Under the pieces are notes generated by a model, which saw only the letters and a program-made list of their open reading frames with translations, was not told where the DNA came from and did not search any database. A stretch of DNA of 64,000 nt. It comes from Girardia tigrina (lineage: Eukaryota). Where the stretch lies: assembly GCA_001938485.1 (NCBI GenBank), contig MQRK01228686.1, forward strand, positions 1 through 64,000. The letters are read 5' to 3'. Position 1 is the first letter of the stretch. Each line of letters begins with the position of its first letter. Of this stretch, positions 51,946 through 64,000 are shown one piece after another. The position numbers and the translations under genes are program-made.

Positions 51946-54900
51946 CTTAAATACTTTTGTGGAAATAAATCTTTTGAATTGTTTTATTTGCATGAATAAA
52001 TATAATAAATAGGAATTATACGTTTTTAAATTTTGTAATTTGAATGATGTCTTTTAATTTAAAAAAAACTATATTCTACAACGAAACAACAAACTTTTAC
52101 CTGTTTATATGACTCTCTAAACAACCTTTCTTAACCTAAATACGTTCTTGATCTCTGTTTCTGTAAAATAAATTCTTTCTTCAATCCGAATGGTTATCCT
52201 AAATTATTCCTTGAAAAGAAATTGAAAAGCAAGCGATTTTGACACTGATCAAAAAATAATTTTAAAGATCAAACCTTCAAAAATCAATGTTCAAACGGCA
52301 GTCTAAACCACCTTAATTATCTTTGTAATATAATATTATGAGACCGATGGTATAATGATTATTTTATCATTTATATGCAGGTGTATCAAGTGATGCTTTA
52401 ACCAACAAAATGTCATTTATAATATTTTTTTCGCTTCTCTATTGTCTTCATGGAAAACAAAATTATTCAAATTGAAGATTATTCGTAAGTTTTGACAGAC
52501 AATAAATTAAAACAAAAAAATATATAAATACATTAACCTCTTTTTATTGTCTTTAATTTGCCTTTTATTCTAAAAAAAACTAAATTTCTTATTTAATTAA
52601 TTAATTAAATTAATTCCCTGTCAGTCTGTGTTCGACACACCCAAATCGACTCCTGGAAAACAAGTCGTCAGGACGCATTGACTAACACAACTATTCGCCA
52701 ATAAAAAGTGTCCAAGATTTGAATTTCAAAAAATGCTCCAATCAAATCGTTTTCAAAAAAAAATTATTTACAATTTTAATTTTGTTTGATATTCGATTTT
52801 TTTTGTCGTGAAATAAAATAAAAAAAATAATCGAATGAAAACCGAAAACGAATAATTATTTTTTTTCTTCTAAAAGGAGAACAAAACAAGAATTTTTCAA
52901 AAGTTTCTTTTTGTTTTCGAAGGAGAAAAAATGTAATTAAAAAAAAACTTTTGTAATATTGTAAAAGATAAAACCGTGTTTTATTTTTCAACCGTCTAAG
53001 GCTTTTTTTATTGAAAATAATACACGAAATGTTGTTTTGAGGAAATGAATATTATTAGAACAATAACCTTTCTGTAACTGACCAACAAATGATGCATAAA
53101 CTATTGACAAATTCATTAATAATTCAAGGAGTTTGGTTATAGAAAATTAATGTTTCGCATTTAAGACATTGTTGAAATTCCTACTCATCCTTCCATGTCG
53201 TGTTTCAGCGGTCTTTTACACAGGAATTTGTTCGGTTTTGTTCTTTTATTTATTTCTTCTTTTTCTTTTTGAAGGAGGGGTTAGGCTAACTCTTTGGCTA
53301 ATGGGGAAATTTGGCTCTTTTACGGATAAAAAACCAGAAAATATTATATATATATGAATGAAATAATATAATAATAAATTTTTTTTTCTATAAAAATTAT
53401 TATTATTTTTTAATTAAAAAAACTATTCAAAACAATTATTAATAATTTATTTTCAAAATTTTTGTTTTTTTTTCTTTGTTCGTAAATATTTAATTTATTC
53501 CAAATAAATTTAAAGAATAAAAAAAAAATTTACAGAAAAAAAAGATCGAAATAAAAAAATTAAACGATTAAAAAACGAGAGAAAAAAACGATTAAATGTT
53601 TTTTTTATATTATTGATTTGGATTTGATTTTTTTTCCGTCAAAAATCGTGACGGCTCCTACAAAGAGGTCAATTAATTTATATTAATAAATATATATATT
53701 TATATATACTTAGTATATTTTCAAAATGGTTGAGATCGTCTCTAAAATATATTTTTATATATAAACTATGCTCTGCACGCATATTAACAAAACACACACC
53801 CACATCAACGCACACACACACCCACACACGCCCCAAACCAACTTTGACACATTATTTTGTTTGTATTATTGTAAATTAATGTCTCGATTTGTGTGTTTCT
53901 GTGAGAGAGTGTGTGCGTGTGTGGTGTCGATGTGTTGAGTTCATCAACAAGAGCGGTGCAAAAATGAAACATAAGCACAAAAGAGCTGATCGAGACACAC
54001 ACGGCACAATCGTTAAATCAGGCCTCTTCCACTCGGCACATGAGACCAACAATCAAATCAAACTAATCTCGCTCTCTCTCTATCTCCATATCGCTCTACC
54101 TCTCTTGTAGTTCTAAGTGTCGGTAAGATCAAACGAGCCGCTATTGGCAAGCGTGCACCGCCCATTATAATGTAGCCAATGTGAATAACATTATTGATTG
54201 ATGGCAATTATACAAACCCAATTCTCTAACACTATCTGCCTGTCTGTCGGAAATAGAAAAGGCTGTTTATGTTCTTCATTAATGGCAGATAATTAAATAC
54301 GACTGTCTCACGCTATGGACTCTATTGCATAGTAAAACAAAATTCCGGACAAAATAATTCATAAGTAATTGTTTAAATTAATAAAATTATATGGTTTATA
54401 ATTAAACTGAAGAAGCAACAGAAATAGTAGTAAAAAAAAATTTTTTTTTTAATATTTTAAAACAAAAAATTTATTTTAATAGTAAAACAAATATTAAAAC
54501 ATACAGAAAAAAATCCATTTCAAATAATAATTATAAAAAAATTAAAACAAATTTTATTTGAAAATAAAAATAAACCACCAAAAATAAATTAATAATAAAA
54601 CAAATAGTAAAATAAAATAATAATAAAATTAAAAAATAATAATTTGTCACTATTATTTAAAATAATCTTTAAAAAAATTAAATATTTACCGGAGATTTTG
54701 TTAATTTTTCTTTCACTCTATTTTCTCTTTTTAATGTCCTTTTATATTATTATTATTTTTTTTTGAAAATCAATTTTTATCAAAAGACCGATTATTTTTA
54801 TTTTGCCATAAAATTTTCGCGATAAAATCTTTTTTCTTTTCGCTTTTTTTATGGAGCGAATAAAAAAAAATTGTAAAAAAAAATTTTTAGAGAAAAAAAA

Positions 54901-55427
54901 CTAATTTTCATTTTAATTATTTATTATAAAATATTTTTTTTATAATTTTAATTAANNNNNNNNNNNNNNNNNNNNNNNNNNNNNNNNNNNNNNNNNNNNN
55001 NNNNNTATTATAAAATATTTTTTTTATAATTTTAATTAAATTATTTATATTATTTTTTGTTGAAAAAAATAGACATTTAACAAACGCCAACAATTTATAC
55101 CAATTTTTAAAAAAAAATTCAGAATTTTTTATTGCTGTTATAATATATAAATCTATCATTAATTTCATAATATTATATAAATTATATGAATAATATTTAT
55201 TATAATTTTTGTTTTCATTGTGCAAATGAAAGACAACACCCAACCAAAAAGGTGTGCTAAAATACTCAAACAAATTTTTGATTTTTTTTAGTTTTCAACA
55301 ACAAGCTCCGTTGTTTTTCAAAAAAAAAAATAAAAAAATAATAAAAATTTTTTTTCAGTCGTTGAGAAAAAAAAACTTTTTTTCAATTAATTGTGTGTGC
55401 TGAGTGTGTACCTCCTGTAATTAGATC

Positions 55428-55614
55428 GGCGGCGCATATCAAGGGATCAAAGAATCACTTTGATGACGCCGCCATCGTAACCACCTGATTTAATTGGTTA
55501 GCTAGATACCGGCATACAAACAATAACCCGCACTCTCTCAATCGGTCTTTGATGCCGGTCCCGCCTCTCTGCAGCCGGTTTTTATGTCTCTAGAGCGGTA
55601 CGCCTACTTTGATC
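55428..55614. promoter_or_regulatory. proximal Wnt-response element: clustered TCF/LEF HMG sites with Helper sites
   Basis: GATCAAAG 55445-55452, CTTTGATG 55458-55465, CTTTGATG 55547-55554, CTTTGATC 55607-55614. Helper GGCGGC 55428-55433 and GCCGCCA 55468-55474. Confidence 0.8.
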
Positions 55615-55851
55615 TAGATGATAAAGTTATGATTAGAAAATTCATAGTTGAAACCGTTTGCATGATCTCTAACACTGACTATTTGTGTGTGAGTGTTTTC
55701 GGTGTGTATATTATTATGTTAGTATGCCGACTGTTTGTGTGTTCGTGTGTGTATTCGTCAACACAGCAATAAAATGCCTGTTAGACATGCAGTACTTTTC
55801 CATAGCTGTTACTGGAATAATAAGGCCTCATCTTGCGTTTACTCGATTCTG

Positions 55852-55895
55852 ATTGGTTGTTTAAGTCGTTTAAATTTACAGTGACCATATATAAA
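55852..55895 (+). promoter_or_regulatory. core promoter of the Sp gene (inverted CCAAT + TATA)
   Basis: ATTGG 55852-55856 and TATATAAA 55888-55895. Followed by a probable non-coding exon 1 ending at donor GTGAGT 56173, with acceptor TTTTAG at 56668. Confidence 0.55.
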
Positions 55896-56683
55896 TTATC
55901 CATATATAGTTGTGCAGTATATTAATTCATGTTTTTTATTTTAAAAAATTGGTTTTTTATTATTAATAATTTAAAATAAAAACATTCAAAAATAGAAATT
56001 CGATTTTTTTTTTCAAAAAGAAACTTATTACCCAAAAACAATCGCAAATAAAATCCGAAAGAAGAAACGTTTTTTTTTTCGATCTTCCAATTTTAAAAAG
56101 TTCGAAATTCGATTATATTTTTGTTGTCGTTTTCGGAAACAATTAAACTTACCAAAAAAAAAATCAGACAAAGTGAGTTTATTATTTATTTATGATTTTT
56201 TTTCTAATTTTTTTAATATTTATTATTATTTTTTTTTGATTTTTTTTGGTAGTAATGTTTATTAATTTTTGTGGAAAGTTTTTTTTATTGTTTTTTTTGG
56301 ACGGGGGGAAGTTTGAAAAATGTGTTGTTTGTTTTTTTTTAATGAGCGGCGTTATTTCGAAACATCCTTCCACTCAAAAGCGCCAGAAGATTGAGATAAC
56401 GACAAAATGTTTGATGGAAAATCGGAAGATGGTGTAGTTGTCGAAGACAGGAAGTTCTAAGTGTAACTTGTCAAATAATTGACTCTAAAAGTCCTCAATA
56501 AAATGATGAGGCATCCTCATTTGGCGCCATTTACGATGAGTAGGGAGAAAATCGGGACAATTTTCTCAATAAAAGTTAAAATTTCGTTTTGATTAGATCA
56601 TTTTTTTTTAATTTTTGAGAAGAAAAGAAAATTATTCGTTTGAAAGTTTTATTTTTCTTTTATTTTAGAAACACATTTGAAGA

Positions 56684-57733
56684 ATGAATTCTGGACCGGC
56701 AATCATCAACATTCCTTCCACACTCCATATTTTGCCAACATCACAAGGTTTCTTTACGAACAAATCCCAAACCTTGTTAAATGGGCAAATATCTCCATCA
56801 ATAGATCTGGGCTATATTCAGTCTCAGACCAATTGTTCGCCGAGGTTTATATCAAATTCCAATGATTTCTGGCAAAGTCCAGAAATGACTGCTCTTCAAA
56901 GAACGACAGAAAAGTTCTTTGTGAATCAGAGTCTCATCAGCAATAATCCAACCACCATTCCTGTAAATTCCATAATATCCAACCTTTGTCAAAATACTCC
57001 AATAAGACCCATCGCCAGAAAACCTTGTATTGAAATTCCTTCTATTGAATCAAAAAATCAAATTCAATTATTAAATTCTTTATCAACACGAAGTATAGAA
57101 GATTGCGTAGATCATTTTTTCCGTAGATCTATAAACTGTTTTTCATCTCCTTATACACTTCCAAGTTTATTAGCCTGTAAAGAGTTTCCTATAGATCATC
57201 CATCAGTTGAGAATATGGGAAGTAGTCCTCAGAACATATCCAATCTTTTGACTAATCCAAAACAGCTTACCATTTCAACAAACCGAACCAACATTCCTCA
57301 AATCGGGCAACGCAAATGTCAGAAATGTACATGTCCCAACTGCCACCAAGGTCTCAATTCCCGGGCGAATCTGAATGGAGCGAAGAAAGTTCACATTTGC
57401 TACATTTGTCATAAAACATACGGGAAAACTAGTCACCTTAAAGCTCATATTCGTTGGCATAATAACGATCGTCCGTTTGTTTGTACTTATCATTTATGTT
57501 CAAAATCATTCACCAGATCAGACGAATTACAACGACATATGAGAACACATACCGGCGAAAAGAGATTCGTTTGTCCATTATGTTTCAAAAGATTCATGAG
57601 AAGTGATCATCTAGCCAAACATAAGAAAACCCATGAAGGGGTCGACCCGATCGTTCTTGGTGCAGTGATTCATAAAGATCCCAATTCTTCCATTAAACAA
57701 CAGAAAGCAATAAATTCAGAAAAAAATTTCAAA
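56684..57733 (+). CDS. Sp5: Sp-family zinc-finger transcription factor (Sp5/buttonhead-type), main coding exon
   Basis: Btd box [10 protein letters not shown], then three C2H2 fingers with [21 protein letters not shown] and [16 protein letters not shown] and HLAKH are Sp5-type residues. An in-frame TGA at 56678 makes ATG 56684 the start. Phase-0 donor AAA|GTAAGA at 57734 (the unspliced ORF would end at 57748). Confidence 0.93.
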
Positions 57734-58270
57734 GTAAGATATTTTTAATTTTTATTTTATATATTATTTTTATTTCAATATATATATAATAAACGTAAAA
57801 AATAGAGAAAAGAAAGTTGTAAAAAAATAGAAAAAAAGAAATCCCAATAATTGATTAATTTCCAATAAGTGTCATAAAGAGTTTCTTTTTAATTGGATTT
57901 GATTTTGGTGTGAAATTGAAGAAAGAAATAAGAAAAAAAAGCAATAATTATTATTTATTTTTTTATGAATAATAAAAAATAAAAAAACGGTTATGACATT
58001 TATTTCAAGATATTTCCATTCTATTGATTTTTTTTTCAATATTTAATGGAACGGTGATATTCGTAACTTTAACCCATTTTAAGTACCAGATTTATTTTTT
58101 TTTGAAATATTTTAACTTCTACCCATAGATTTGTACTAGTAACAATTAATACAACTAATTGCCGTTATTACTCGAACAATTGCACTGCACTTTCATGGAG
58201 TCATGTTTCAGGAATACCAACAGAGGTCATTATGTAAAAGTTCTAATGTTACTAACTTAATAAAAATTAA

Positions 58271-58510
58271 CCCTACAATGCGTAATTTTTTTAATTATCA
58301 TAAAAAAAATACACACGCGGCCAGTATTACAAACTGAACTGTCATTTTTGTTGACAAAATATATTGCATCTATGACTTTATGGGCAGTTATCATTCCATA
58401 GACAATGTTTTTGGTTCACAGTATGTAAACACTCAAAGAATATCACGTGATTAAAAGATATTGAGGTCAAATATGGTTGATTCAAATATGAATCACGGCG
58501 CATTGTAGGG
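58271..58510. mobile_element. piggyBac-type MITE in the Sp5 intron
   Basis: TTAA|CCCTACAATGCG ... CGCATTGTAGGG|TTAA, perfect 12-bp TIR. Confidence 0.88.
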
Positions 58511-58646
58511 TTAAAAACTAGAGATACCAAAATGGGGCTAGGACGTCTCGAACGTGGGTCGGGATCTTCTTTTTCATCAATTATTAATTTTGATTTATAA
58601 TTTCGATAAAATTAAAATAATTTTATTTTATTTTTATCTATTTCAG

Positions 58647-58772
58647 AAACAGCAGAATATAAAAAAACCAAGACCCGGTCTTTCTGCTACGAACAGCGCG
58701 ATCAATTCTCCCGACCATCATGGTAAAGAAAACATTATCATCGATGAAGATATTGACATAGAATCTATTTGA
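58647..58772 (+). CDS. Sp5: probable terminal coding exon of the Sp5-like gene
   Basis: Pyrimidine tract + TTTCAG acceptor (58646), phase 0 matching the donor at 57734. Encodes KQQNIKKPRPGLSATNSAINSPDHHGKENIIIDEDIDIESI*; spliced protein 391 aa. Confidence 0.72.
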   Translation, partial: KQQNIKKPRPGLSATNSAINSPDHHGKENIIIDEDIDIESI

Positions 58773-60830
58773 TTTTCATCTTTATTTTTGTTGTGTAAAA
58801 CCGTGTGATTACTATTATTTCTTCTAATTGATTAGAGTTTGCAGTGAAGTTTTCTTATTTTATTTTTGTTGAGTTATTTGTAAAACAGCGACTGAGTGTC
58901 ACACCGGGTAAGACTGGAGCGCGGGAGCGCGCTCATCATCATGATCGGTTTAGCGACAAAACTCTCTCAATACTAATTGAAATGTTGACATGTCAACATG
59001 ATCTCAAAATAAAAAATGATATAGTGGGAAAGAGGGGATTTAAGTGATGTGATTAAGGAGGTTGATTCAGTTATATATGGGCTTTTAGATATCAAATAAG
59101 ATGTTGATAGCAACTTGCTTGTTTGATGTCTTGATTTCATCAAGCAAACAAAATTCTGCCTGCAAAATGAGCAATAATTCAAGACAAATTTATTGTTAAT
59201 ATTACTTTTTTTTAGGGGAAAAAAATCGGAAAAAGGGTTTTTATTTTTCTCTCAATTTTTCTTTCGTCTCTTCTTTTTTATTTTAAATTAAAATCAATTC
59301 TTGATTAAAAAAAAACCGAGAAAAAAAGATTGGGAAGATTAGTTTGTTCTATTCTTCTTCGGTAAGAACAACTCTTCAAAGAACGTAACGCGGGAATCCG
59401 ATTGAATGAGTGATAATTGTATCTCTTTTATTTAAACGATTAGGATTACTGAGTTTTCTTCTTTTTTTTTTGTTTAAATTGTTGATATATAAAAATTTGA
59501 CTAGAATGTATTAAGGATTGAAAACTCAATTAATATTCGGGGTTTTTTTGTTCTTATTTTCAAGAGAAAAAAATTATTTATTAAAGGCGGAATGTTTTTT
59601 TTAATTTAATCAAAGATTTTTTTCTGTTTTTTTTGTTGTGTTTTTATAATGAAAAAAATGAGATTAATTTTAATAAATTAATTTAATTTATAGTTAAACT
59701 ATAAATGCCCCTAAAAATACAATAAAGTTATCAGAATTTAAACAAATAATCTCCTTTAATTAAATTTTTTTTTAAAAAAAATTTATAAATACAATGGCCT
59801 TACCTATGGGAAATTTTGGCATTTAAATTGTTTTCTTTGTTTAAATGAATCGAATTTATTATCAACATAATAATGAGGTTTTTTTTAATATTATATTTTA
59901 TATTTTCTACAATATAGGGAGTATACAAAAAATCCCAATTTATAAATAATTTAGTGAAAAAATGCAATTTTTTTTATTTTATTAGAAATTTTAATGATAA
60001 ATAAAAAAATCTTGAAAATTCTCACGAAAAAAAATAATAAAAATTATATAAATTTGATAAAGATATATTTTACTGAAATCTATTTTTATTATATAAAAAA
60101 GGAAATCAATTAATTAAATAAGGACTCCATCGGATAAATTTTTTTTCGGATTTTAATTGTACTGATTAAAAACTTTCCTTCTTTCCGAAAAAAAATAATT
60201 TTTATTTTTTTCATTAAATTAATTTTGGAATTAATTTTCACTTTCTTTTATTTATATATTAATCACTGTTATTTTTATATTGTACAACATAATATATAAA
60301 AATTATTAATAATTATAATATTTATTTTATTCTTTAAATCATTTTTACCTTTATAAAACATTACGTAATATATTATTATAATTATTATTGTGATTATTTA
60401 TTCTATATTTAATTACTTCATCGCGAGTTCTAGAATTTCCTTTATTATTCTGTTTTTTATTGCCCCGGTTAATAACAATTTGATAAAAGTAATACAAATT
60501 GATGGGTAATTGGTTATGATTCCCCATTCTCTCAGGTTGGCTCAAGCAAATTGGGAATCAAAGCATTTGTCTGGGAAAAATAAATATTTGCCCGGTACCT
60601 ATGAAAATTGTCTTTTAAAAAAAATTAATTATCAAAGCAATTTATAAATGTTTTTTTAATTTAATAATTTAACTGTTGAAAGTTTTTTTTCGTGAAAATT
60701 GATAGAAATAAAATTTAGGGTTTTTTTCTAGAAAAAAATATTATAATTATTAATTATAAAATCAATTATTTTTATTGTTTTTGGTATTATAATTAAAAAC
60801 TAGTAACAATTTTAATATAAGTATCATATA

Positions 60831-61977
60831 CCGGATGTTATGAAAGTCTTGACAAAAATGCAATACAAACTGATAGAAATATATATTTCGGAAAATATAA
60901 GACTACGCAAATGAAACATTAAATTCAAGTTGAATAGAAGTGTTTAAAACAATTTATTCCAAGTGATCGCCTCCGCACGCACAACAGCTTCCAGACGTCT
61001 CCCATTTTCTACATGGGCATATATGGAGAAATCCAGAGGATTCACGTCTGATGAAGATGATGGTGACTTGTATTTGATTGTAAAAAATAACGGTTTTGTC
61101 CTCAAGACCTTTTAGACAGCCTTAGTCGTATGTCATAATGTACCGTCTTGATAAAAACAAAATTTTAGCCGGGAAACTTCTTCTTCAGCCACAGCAGTGA
61201 TGTTTGGCTCTGAGCTTGTTAGTAACCTTTTGCATTCAGTCAGTTACCAGCTCGGAAGACTGAGAAGATACTGAGGACTGACTTTCAATTTGCTGTCACT
61301 ACATCCAGTAGTATTATGCTGGGAGGATGCTTTGTTCTGCTACTCGTTCGTGCGTCACTGATACCATATCTCATAAGTGAATGACAGGGTTATTGTAACG
61401 GTTCCATGAAGAATCAATTCTTTAACAATTCCAGTTGAATGGATGTCATGTCATTCAAAAAGCCTGACTCCATTTAAAGCGATTCTTCTTCATCGCATTG
61501 GTTAGAACAGGTATCCCAATTATCATAAGACTCTTGTCACCAAGCTTATTGACTGCACGACTGATCTATGACTTCACACAAAACTTTAAAGCATTAACTG
61601 GTTGTTTGGTAGTTTTGGCTGAGCCTTGGTGATCCTTTTGAGCTGGGATAGGTCTATTTTTGAATTTCAACCTCTTCTAGACCTGTCTTGCAGATTCACA
61701 TTTGTAGCCAATCGTTTGCGGACTCGATCTACTGTTCGTATTAAGTATCACAGTTTCTCGGCAATTTAATCGTCAAGAAGCATTGGGACAATCTCAGCAC
61801 GTTTTGTTGTCATGCGTTTACGAACAGATTTCTAAATATCAAAGATTGATTTAAAAATAAGGTTAATACTTATAATCTCTAAAGTTTAGAGTCTAAACCA
61901 AATATAAATAAATTGCTACATATGAGCTTAAGTTCCTTAAATCTAGTGTCCATTGACAAAACTATCACACCATCCAG
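60831..61977 (-). mobile_element. maT/DD37D-like element, full-length, decayed
   Basis: TA-flanked TIRs CCGGATGTTATGAAAGTCTTGACAA / TTGACAAAACTATCACACCATCCAG. Homologous to 38060-39268; FYQDG and PSSSDVNPLD motifs on minus. Confidence 0.88.
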
Positions 61978-61981
61978 TATA

Positions 61982-62126
61982 TAGTAGACTTCCGTATAAC
62001 GCGATTTCTATACGATCAATTTTAACATGTTTAACCTAACATCATTCGCATTATACCCATTTTCCTTGTTCAACGGGATTCCTTATAAGATGTACCATAT
62101 TAATTGCGCTATATGGGAGTCTGCTG
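61982..62126. mobile_element. pogo/Tigger-type MITE
   Basis: Imperfect TIRs AGTAGACTTCCGTATAACGC / GCGCTATATGGGAGTCTGCT. Confidence 0.6.
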
Positions 62127-62709
62127 TTGAGATATTATAGTACATCGTTTTTGGAAACGTTTATTAATCATCTTTTAAATCTGAAAATTGTTTTCAACAC
62201 TTCAATGACACAATGGAATTCACAATTGATTAGTTTGCATTTTCTATTATTTATGTATTTTTGCAATAGCAGTTTATTAAAGAATAACTTAACTTCAATC
62301 ACTGCAAAATTGAAAATTGCAGGTTTTGTAATTATTTTGTTTTAATCGTACTAATAGATGGCAGAAACCAACGGTAATCATTGAATATAATTTGTTGGGA
62401 AAATTCGGTCTGTAGGTGTTTTAGTAGGAAGAAATCGGCAACCGCATTCTTACAGATAGTCTAACAGAGATATCTGTGACTTCTTTTGCATTTGAGATTA
62501 TAAAATAAATTATATATTTCCTTCTTTTCAAGGTTAAGATCGTTTGAAGGATTAAGATTTTATAACATGAGATTTTTTCAAGTTTAGAAGTAATATGCGT
62601 TTTGAAGAATAATTTCGAATGATATTTATTTTGTATTGTTTGGTGTGTTGTTATCAGGATTGTGTTTCTCCCACCAAAATGGAAGATTATCGATGACGTT
62701 TGGCATAAT

Positions 62710-63309
62710 TATTGGACCGCGATGAGGCTCCTCACCACTTTCCGAAACCGAAGCTCCACTAAAAGAAGGTTATGGTGACTGTTTGGTGGTCTGCAGCCGG
62801 TCTCATACATCACAGTTTTCTGAATATGGGCGAAACGATCACTGCAGTGAAGTACTGCCAACAAATTGACAAAATGCATCACGAGCTCCGATGTATGTGC
62901 CCGAGATTGGTCAATATGAAAGGGCCAATTCTCCTCCACGACAACGTCCGGCCACACATCGCAAAACCGAACCTACAAAAGCAAAACGAATTGGGCTACA
63001 AAACTCTGCCTTATCCATCCTACTCACGGACATTTCGATCACCGACTACCATTTTTTCAAGCATCTGGACAACATCCTCCAGGAAAAATGCTTCAAAAAC
63101 CAAAACGACGCCAAAGACGCCTTTAACGCTTTCATCGCATCCAGAACTCAGGAGTTCTACACTAGGGGCATCAATAAACTTGTTTGTCGTTGGCAAAAAT
63201 GTATTGATTCTGACGGTTTTTATTTCGATTAATGAAGTTTATTCTGTGCTGAGTTACATTAGTTTAAAGTTTAGGTTCAAAAACCTGCATTGTTTTTGCA
63301 ACAACCTAA
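62710..63309 (+). mobile_element. mariner (cecropia/Hsmar1-like) 3' half
   Basis: MVTVWWSAAGLIHHSFL, GPILLHDNVRPH, TDYHFFKHLDN, RWQKCIDSDGFYFD*. TIR ...TTTTTGCAACAACCTAA followed by TA. Confidence 0.95.
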
Positions 63310-64000
63310 TATTTTATAAATATATAATAATATTTTAATCAAAATATTTAAAATCTTAATGGTGCTTTATAATGTAAAAATTCATTTAAAATTATATATA
63401 ATATATTTAAAATGAATTAAAAATATTTTTAAATTTGTTGGAATAATTTAAGGTTTATAAATAGAATTCAAAAAATTTATCAATGAAGAACGACGTCTAA
63501 CTACGAAAGTTTTGTGGAGAATTGTCCTGGAGGCCATTTCAGTTGTGATGTTAATAAAAGTTTTAGAAATCACATTAGTGCTCTTAATATACTAAAAAAA
63601 ACAAAACTCGTAAAGTTTTCCCTAATTCTAGACCTCATATTAAAGGTTACCAATTCTTTTTATATATAATAGTTGCGATAAAAGCACTTCGAAAATTAAA
63701 ATCTAAATTGAAACAATAAATCTATTTGAATGAACCAGGATAATGAAGGTAACAATTTGTTAAAAAAACATTACAATTGGATCAAAACGACTAATGACCT
63801 TTGGTTGTAAACACTAAAATTGTTAATATCTCATTCTATAATATCTTCTATTATTAATAAATATTTAAATTTTGGAAATTACATCATTGTTTTCAGTTCT
63901 AAACTGTAATATTTTGAATTATTGTTAAAATTCCTATGATCAGAATTCTTGATCAAGGAGGATGTATCAAAGAGACCATCCTAATCAATTGAATATCACC

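Noticed and set aside
58900-58920. CACCGGG miR-35/36 seed match
   Set aside because: No upstream complementary arm to give a canonical pre-miRNA with a 3p mature strand.

Overview
A very AT-rich, gap-containing eukaryotic (invertebrate animal-type) genomic window. It contains one intact host gene, an Sp-family zinc-finger transcription factor with a buttonhead box and three C2H2 fingers. Finger residues and a dense cluster of TCF/LEF plus Helper sites in its promoter point to Sp5 (coding exons 56684-57733 and probably 58647-58772, + strand). The ~55 kb upstream is a gene desert of decayed mobile DNA: several mariner families, three maT/DD37D-type copies, pogo, MULE, hAT and piggyBac MITEs, solo LTRs, non-LTR remnants, and two Penelope families carrying minimal hammerhead ribozymes. 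The most unusual items are (i) a mosaic of captured host-gene fragments (Mic10 5' end fused to a frameshifted histone H2B core) at ~2.06-2.48 kb, (ii) four hammerhead motifs with covarying stem II, (iii) the same TCF+Helper site grammar in the Sp5 promoter and in islands ~40 kb upstream, and (iv) non-canonical features of the Sp protein. All calls were made by eye; no searches were run.
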